A stretch of 64,000 nucleotides of DNA from Lingula anatina (Eukaryota; Animalia; Brachiopoda), in the NCBI GenBank assembly GCA_051362555.1, contig CM120640.1:57824788-57888787 (forward strand), given 5' to 3'. The notes beneath the pieces were generated by a model. That model had not been told where the DNA came from. It searched no databases and worked only from the letters and a program-made list of their open reading frames with translations. Below are positions 57,101 through 64,000 of this stretch, piece by piece. Numbering within the stretch: the first letter of the stretch is position 1; each line of letters begins with the position of its first letter. A program made the position numbers and the translations under genes.

Positions 57101-58296
57101 CTTTCCTTAAACAGCCTACAACGCATTCTTAAAATGGTTGTCCAAAAGATTGCTGATGCTGATATGTTTCTTTCTTTCTGTTCTCCTGCATATCAATCTG
57201 AACTCTGAATCTAGAAAAATGCGCCTATAGAGCTACAAATATATAAGGCTCAAGATTATGTCACTATACATGGGCGTAACTAGGCATACGCACGGATGCA
57301 CTGTGCGTACAATTTTTTGGCCAACCATGATATTATTTTATATAAATTTAGTGTATTTTTCGCGGAATATAAAAGAAAATCCTTTGCTTATTAAAGTCAC
57401 CTGTATGTACAAATCCTCTGTATCAATTGTATAGGCACAATTGTTCTGCCCCCCCCCCCCCTCCCGGTCTTGCAAACTTAGGTAAACAATGCCTGTAACC
57501 TTAACAAGTCCATCTAACTGAAACTTCCTTTACCTGAGTGTTGTTTTCAAAGAGCAGCTCCCACAACCCTGGGGGCACTAGATAAAATCTGGACACCAGG
57601 TTTAAGAAGGAGCTAGAGAAACAAAGGAAAAATTTTTCCTGCAAAGCTTCAAAGGATTTTGACCCAGCTTACCCCTCCAAACTAACAGGGTGACATGGGC
57701 AATTTTTACAAACAAATAATTAAACTTAGATGTATCAGAGCTCTGTCGTGTCGTACAATTGGTTTTTTTTTGGAGCCATGCATCCACATGTAAGGTGAAT
57801 GAAACCGTATGTTAGTTCAACTCAGAGGTGGATCCAGGATTATTGGAAGGGGGTTCCACATATGCGAAGCTAGCCTCCTTTTAAATAAATATACCGTTCT
57901 GGGTAATAAGAATATTGAAACTTTTTTTAATTGCGAGAATATTTCTGACTAAATGATGATTTTATTATTAATGGAAATTAAGCTGCGATGTGTGGCACAT
58001 ATGCTGTAATTACGCTGTCCTTCATCTCTTGCGTTAGTCTACATTTTGCTGGGAATTTTACAAATCTGTGCGTACAATTTTTAAAGGTCTGGTTACGCCC
58101 CTGCTATATTTTGTATGATTCTCATGTGTGTTAATTGTCACATGCAGTACAGTACACTCATATGTTGCAGATACAATGTAACATGCTTATGCAGGTTGAT
58201 GTTCTTTTTTGGCAGGTGTCTCGCAGGGTTGTGACAGGCCAAAACCCAGCGTCGGCGACGAAAACAGCAGAGGAGTTACTAAAAGTAGCCAAATAG
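54192..58296 (+). CDS. DJ-1/PfpI superfamily, Hsp31-type (glutathione-independent glyoxalase III-like); 5 coding exons
   Basis: Exons 54192-54350, 55518-55633, 55812-55948, 56649-56833, 58216-58296. Motifs TGWYLPEVAHPY, SPNGG, IFYAGGHGPMFD, GAVCHG (catalytic Cys-His), TSFTDAEE, MPFLLE, VVTGQNPAS. Confidence 0.88.
57269..58103. mobile_element. 835-bp non-autonomous TIR element with 5-bp TSD, in DJ-1/Hsp31 intron 4
   Basis: CTATA|CATGGGCGTAACTAG ... CTGGTTACGCCCCTG|CTATA. Confidence 0.75.
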
Positions 58297-59994
58297 GCCT
58301 CTTTTTTATATTTAGAACTGATTCAAGATTTGCCTGGTTAATTTGATGCGCATTCAAAATTTTAAAGTAAATTTTCTTATTGCCTCTATACTTTTGAGTG
58401 TTTCCATTTTGATATTGACGCGGCGGTGTTGTTGCTTAATCAAACGTAGAACAGTCCCAAAAGTATAACTGTCTGGTCAAAATTAGAGCATGTGAGAGAG
58501 ATGGAGAGGAGAAAACACGGCACAGAGTTGTAGATAGTTCATACCGATCAAAACTGTATTCAACCGTAATCTATTGAAATTAAACAAGAATGCAGAGGAT
58601 GGATGTTTCTAGTTCAAACCATAAGCTTTACTTGTCATTGCACACAGACTGATTGTTAGTAACTGCGTTGTTCACTTATCTACGCTAATGTATGTTTGTC
58701 ATTTTGTAATTTGCAATACAAATGTGTAAAAGGAGTGAAATAACATTTTGTAATTATTGATGCATTTTCAGTAAAATCTGTAAATTCTGTGTTTATCATC
58801 TTTCTCGTTTCTCAAATATGCTGCTGTTATCATCTGATATATATTTTAGTGAATTTCAACGATTCGTCTATTTATTATTAAAAAAAGAGCGAAATGCAGA
58901 AACACTTACCCCGGTAGTAAATCATCCAGTACTGAGACAAGGAAATGTAGTTGTTTGTATAACATCTATGATATATCGTTTAGGTGAAGGGGTTTGTTCA
59001 ATAATTTTGAGAATATAATTTCAAATCCGCCTATGCCTTGCAAAAGGACGAGAGATTCTTATTCGTACCGGTGGAATATTGGTGCGTATACCCCCATATC
59101 CCGCATAAATGTGTATAACGTAGGTATAAATGAGATGTTGTCTACGCGCCTGCATATAAACGAAGAGTTTTCTTAAACATGTACGTTAATCATCTAGTCG
59201 TATGTCACAAAAATGAAATTTAAAACACAAACTTATACTGGGCTCCGTAACTCGACAGCATCGTGAATTGCCACTATGGCACTAAGCGCAACCATGGCGA
59301 TTCGTCGCTATTCTATAACTCGAAACCATCGCAATTTGCGACCGAGCGCTAATAGCCGTACCACCTTTAGTTTCGAGGCTATTATTTGCCACGGGTAAAT
59401 AAGTATACGTTTAAACTTAAGGTTGATTTCATCGTGAATTTTAAATTTACACATATATTTTTTCCTACTAAATATTTCCTCAAATATCAAGTAATATCGT
59501 GAAAACCTTGATTGTTCTTGTAGCTTTATCTTTGCCTGATGAAACTCCAAATGAACGGAATAAATTCCCTCATAAAATTAGATCTACACCTTATTTTATG
59601 AATAATTTGTTTATATAACCTTTTGAAAAAGGTCTTTGGCAGGACATTTTTCTGATTTCTGGCCGTTGCCTTTTCTTTTACGGAATGACCCTAAACATAT
59701 ATTTCCGTGTTTTTGGAACCCTCGAGAAACTTTAAATAACTTTCTCTGTTCTAATGAGTTATTTGCAAAACATCTATACCTTTTTATCATTTTCAAGTAC
59801 ATCTTTTGCATGGAGACAGCGAGCACTGTTTGATAAATTGCTCAGGTGTCACCCAAGTGCCCTCTAGCGGAAAATCTGGAACTGAATTCTGCGAAACTAA
59901 GGCTAAAACCCCGATAAGACGCTTTTCCTGCGACACTTGAAATGTCTGGCGGGTAAACCTCTCGAAAATATAGGTGAAGGCCTCACCTCTCAAA

Positions 59995-61785
59995 ATGGCA
60001 TTACTGACACAACAAGCTGAAGAGGATGAGCATTATATACTAGTGGCAAAGATGGACAACGCGAGAACAATGTCAAACATACTAAAGGCGATTCATTTTA
60101 AAGAGGTAAAAACTGGTTTTGTTTTAACCAGACCCATCATGCAAGAGCAGAACTTACAGCTAGTCTACAGTGGCAATATACCACCCTCGGTAGTCACCAT
60201 GGTTATTAAATCCACCTGGTGGATAAACCTAAAAACCACAAAAAACGACTTAAAATAGCATACTTATGTACAAGTCTAGTACTAGTTGTACACCTTTACA
60301 AAAAAAATGTCCCAGTTTTTGGCCTTTCGTGCTACATGTACCCAGTAGCAGTGGTGGATTTAGAGGGGGTATCAGGGGGGTCCTGCCCCCCCTTTGGTTT
60401 CTGAAAAAAACACACTTATATTCCCCTCTTGAAATTAGAAATTTTAATAGCTTATTTAAAGTTCTTAACTGTTCGAAAAGGCACCATTTGCCCTCTAAAA
60501 CAACAAAATGTTATGGGGCCCTTCAGCAGGCCCCGAACCCTGGGGCTGAGGGTCGTCTTCTTATCTGAGGCCTGTCATTTCTAAAGAATCGGACCCCCCT
60601 TCAAAGAATATTGGATCAGCCCCTGTAAAGGCACCTTTACCTATTTATCTATATGTGGTGAGAACACTTTTAGCATGTAAGACCAAAAACTGAGGCAAGG
60701 GGTATTACAATGATTTGTTTTTTAGCATTGCCAGCTAGCACTCAGAATAGTGCTGCTAAGATCAGCTGCTTTACCATCTAGCATCAGTATTTTTTGCTTT
60801 GTGTCTGTATATTTCCCAGCTTTGCTGCCTTGTTGAAAATTTTCTTTAAACTTATTGATTTTGACATATACTGTAGACTGCCACAGTGTTTGCCAGTGAA
60901 AGGGGGTTGAAAGTAACCGTTGAAGATGCAAAGTGTGTTCAGGCTAATGCATTTCTGCAAGCAGAAGTATTTCAAGAATTTATCATCAAAGAGGAACAAG
61001 CAACATTCAAAATCAACTTGACAGTACTATTGGTATGTGATATCTTTGCTCATTTTAATATGTTAAATAAGTTGGTATCCTTTTTTTAGTGGGTTGCATG
61101 TGTGTATGTATGTACCGGTACCTTGCACATTGATTCAAGGTACATACATACACATTCTAATATACTGAGCAAATGTCAACATTGTTTAACTGTAGTAAAA
61201 CATGGCATTACATATTTTACTTTAATATGTTTTTCTGTATTGGACAAAACATACAGTATATGATATGACTTTTGTATCTATAAGTAGTTCATTACCTTTT
61301 AGGACTGTTTGAATATATTTGGAAGCAGTAGCAACCCTGGTGTGACAGCAGCTTTGAAGATGTGTTATGGTGGATATGGGTCACCTCTGAAGCTAATGTA
61401 AGGACTTGTTGCACTCATGTAGTGTGTGTGTGTTTTTAGGTTAATTTTCGTCTGTTTTTGTTTTGATTGTGATCCTTACATTAATTTACATCAAGGATGA
61501 CATTCTTACTTATCTATGAGCATATAAATGGAAAAAGTTTAAGACCTTAGGAGTAAAATGCATGCCCCACGGCAAAAGTTTTCGTAAAATGGAACATATG
61601 AAGAAAGAAAACAATATATATACTTTTTTGACAAAAAAGAATGAGTCTTAGGTTGTGAAGTTGTCTGTGGAAATTATTGAACTGGATGTGCAGGAACATT
61701 AATTTTTTTCTACAATATAGTTCATACTGATACTTGACTATATGGGTGCATTCATCATGTCCCAGTATAGTGATTGTGTGCAAAA

Positions 61786-61821
<36 letters not shown>

Positions 61822-63251
61822 ATATGGGCTTTATCTCACAAAATAAGTGCACATTTGACATAATTTGTGAAAAACTTTGTTTGAATTGAATCATCATAAC
61901 ATAACACCTTTAAGTTGCTTAATTGAACAAATCATGTTGATTTTTATTCCTTCGGTACTTGCTGAATCTGTACATAAATCAAATAGATATACCATTTTTA
62001 CAATGTTTAAGTTATGGAAGTCTACTAAATGTTAAATGGATGCAGTTACAATAAAATATTTTAAAATACTCTTTTTTCAGGCTGGAAGAGGAAGGAGTTC
62101 TTACAGACTGCAGTATCAAGACTTTGGAACCAGATGACACCCTTGATTTTAACTTTTCCAGTGCTAATGTCATCAACAAAATCATTATGAAAGTAAATGC
62201 TTAACTATTTACAATAAGCAGAATAGAAATTACTTGCATTGTTATTGATTATTATATCTTTTAGCTTAATTGCAATTATTGATTATATATAGTTCATCAT
62301 CCAAGATATAAAAAGTTTCCTGATAAGTGTTAATATGCTCATGATTAGTGACTAATATTTCAGTCTGAGTGTCTTAAAGAAGCATTCAATGAACTGGACA
62401 TGACCAGTGAAGTTTTACAGATAGTGATGTCACCTGACAGACCTTACTTCAGACTGTCCACATTTGGAAATGCAGGGAGTACACATGTAATTCTATTTAG
62501 TTTTAATTAATGACAAATGGGTTTCCATTTCTGTCTAAGTCTGGTTGTTTTTCAAGGGTATGTCTCAATCACAGCTGTCTTCACTTGAAAATTACATTTG
62601 TTTATTCATTATGTATCTTTTGTTGCTGTTGCTGTTCTTGTTGTTGCCATTTAAATTATCTGAAAAAAGATTTTCTCCTCAAAATTTAGACATTATAGAA
62701 AAGCAGAAATGACTTTTGTGTGTTTTTTCATACTATTTTTCAGTCTGACTTTTCCAAGGATTCAGATATGATGGAAGCATTTAACTGCGCACAAACCCAG
62801 ACAAACAGGTAAATACTCCTGTATTTTTGCCATATTGTTGACATTATTTTTCTATGAAAAAACCAAGAGAAAAATGATAATATGTATAACGCTTTGAGAT
62901 CCCTGAAGGAGAAATTCAGATTCTATACTTTTTTGCTGTATTCTTGGATAAAAGTGTCTGAATATTATGTATCATTTTTTAATATATTTCACTAGTTCCT
63001 ATTTCTGAATTAATTTAATTTTTAGGTACAAGGTTTCTTTAATCAAACCCTCCGTGAAAGCTCTGGCGTCTTCTGTGCGTGTCTCCATTAGAACTGATAA
63101 CAGAGGGTTCCTGTCACTGCAATTTATGATCAAGCTTGATGATGGCCAAGTGTGCTTTGTTGAGTATTATGTGAGTACAACCTCCAAGTTTCTTATTATT
63201 TATTTAAAAAATGTCTTGTTATTATATCATTTGATGTGATTAATTCCTGAG

Positions 63252-63297
<46 letters not shown>

Positions 63298-63389
63298 GGG
63301 TTTATTGTTGAGCAATTTTAAATCTGTAATTCACAATTGTATTTTAGTGTGTGCCTGATGAAGATCTAGCGGAGGAGTATGATGACTGA
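59995..63389 (+). CDS. RAD1: Cell cycle checkpoint protein RAD1 (9-1-1 clamp subunit); 8 coding exons
   Basis: Exons 59995-60105, 60877-61032, 61303-61397, 62081-62192, 62364-62486, 62744-62808, 63026-63170, 63348-63389. Motifs LKAIHFKE, GLKVTVEDAKCVQANAFLQ, INLTVLLDCLNIFG, MCYGGYGSPL, LEEEGVLTDC, PYFRLSTFGNAG, VSIRTDNRGFLSLQFMI, CFVEYYCVPDE. Confidence 0.95.
60349..60625. mobile_element. CAG-terminal MITE in RAD1 intron 1
   Basis: CAGTGGTGGATTTAGAGGGGG ... GGATCAGCCCCTG; homologous to 52279-52568. Confidence 0.65.
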
Positions 63390-64000
63390 CTTCAACTCAG
63401 TTTGAGGGGGAAAAGATTAATTTAAGTTGTCAAAAGTTGAATAAGTGGAGTATGCAGATGGAGACATAATTGGAAAACTGTCAAACATATTGTGTCAGCC
63501 AGAGAGTTTCAGGTTTAGTCAGCGAAGTCTGGGATTTTTGTGTTTAGAGCACCCCAATATAACTCCAAGGGCTTACAACATTCAAGCTGCCAACCAGACA
63601 CTTCCACATCCAGTCCTGGTTCTAATTTATTTTCCATGGCATGAAAGGTCAATGTGTCATGCTATCCTCTGAGCTGCTTAAGAACGTTATTTGATCAACG
63701 AACTTGTACTCCATTATCATTAGCCTTGCCTACTGCAAGTATGCTTTTGATAGGACAAAATGCATTGAGCACAAACACACTTGTTACTTTATGATTTAAT
63801 AACAAGACCTTCGTGTTAACCTGCCAAAGTGGGAGTGATATGCAGGATTTTCTTCTCAAATGGGAAGTGATTAGGAACTGCATTTAATAGGGATTGATTA
63901 CTCTGAATTATTGCTTTATTACTGCGGCACTCCAAGGGTTTGTTGCATTTATTGCATTTGTTTCCATCCAACCAAATACATGTACTAAATGTCCTCAGTA

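Noticed and set aside
61075-61083. GTATCCTTT, a U12-type donor motif 42 nt into RAD1 intron 2, in frame
   Set aside because: The upstream GTATGT donor gives the conserved TVLL|DCL junction, and there is no convincing U12 branch site (TCCTTRAC) before the acceptor at 61302. Probably chance.

Overview
AT-rich, intron-containing animal genomic DNA, most consistent with a mollusc or other lophotrochozoan. That taxonomy is inferred from gene structure and repeat types. I reconstructed six spliced genes by hand from GT-AG sites and reading frame. On the minus strand: RNF17/Qin-like (RING + 2 B-box + coiled coil + at least 4 Tudor domains, running off the left edge), TTLL2 and ASPDH. On the plus strand: CCDC65/DRC2 (divergent from ASPDH across a shared promoter with an RFX X-box), an Hsp31-type DJ-1/PfpI glyoxalase and RAD1. 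Most short ORFs in the supplied track are exon fragments or noise. The most striking observation is an intact OTUD1-like OTU deubiquitinase ORF inside an RNF17 intron, on the same strand. It is bounded by phase-1/phase-1 splice sites, so it could be spliced in frame into the fourth Tudor module, giving a RING-E3 + DUB + multi-Tudor piRNA-pathway protein. The RNF17 introns also hold an inverted pair of 1.87-kb TIR elements enclosing one Tudor exon. One 7-kb intron is almost entirely a nested Helentron-type (HINE) element, and its 146-bp satellite monomer stacks several nuclear-receptor motifs. Several MITE families are present. No tRNA, rRNA or CRISPR array was recognised. All coordinates were read by eye and could be off by a few nt.
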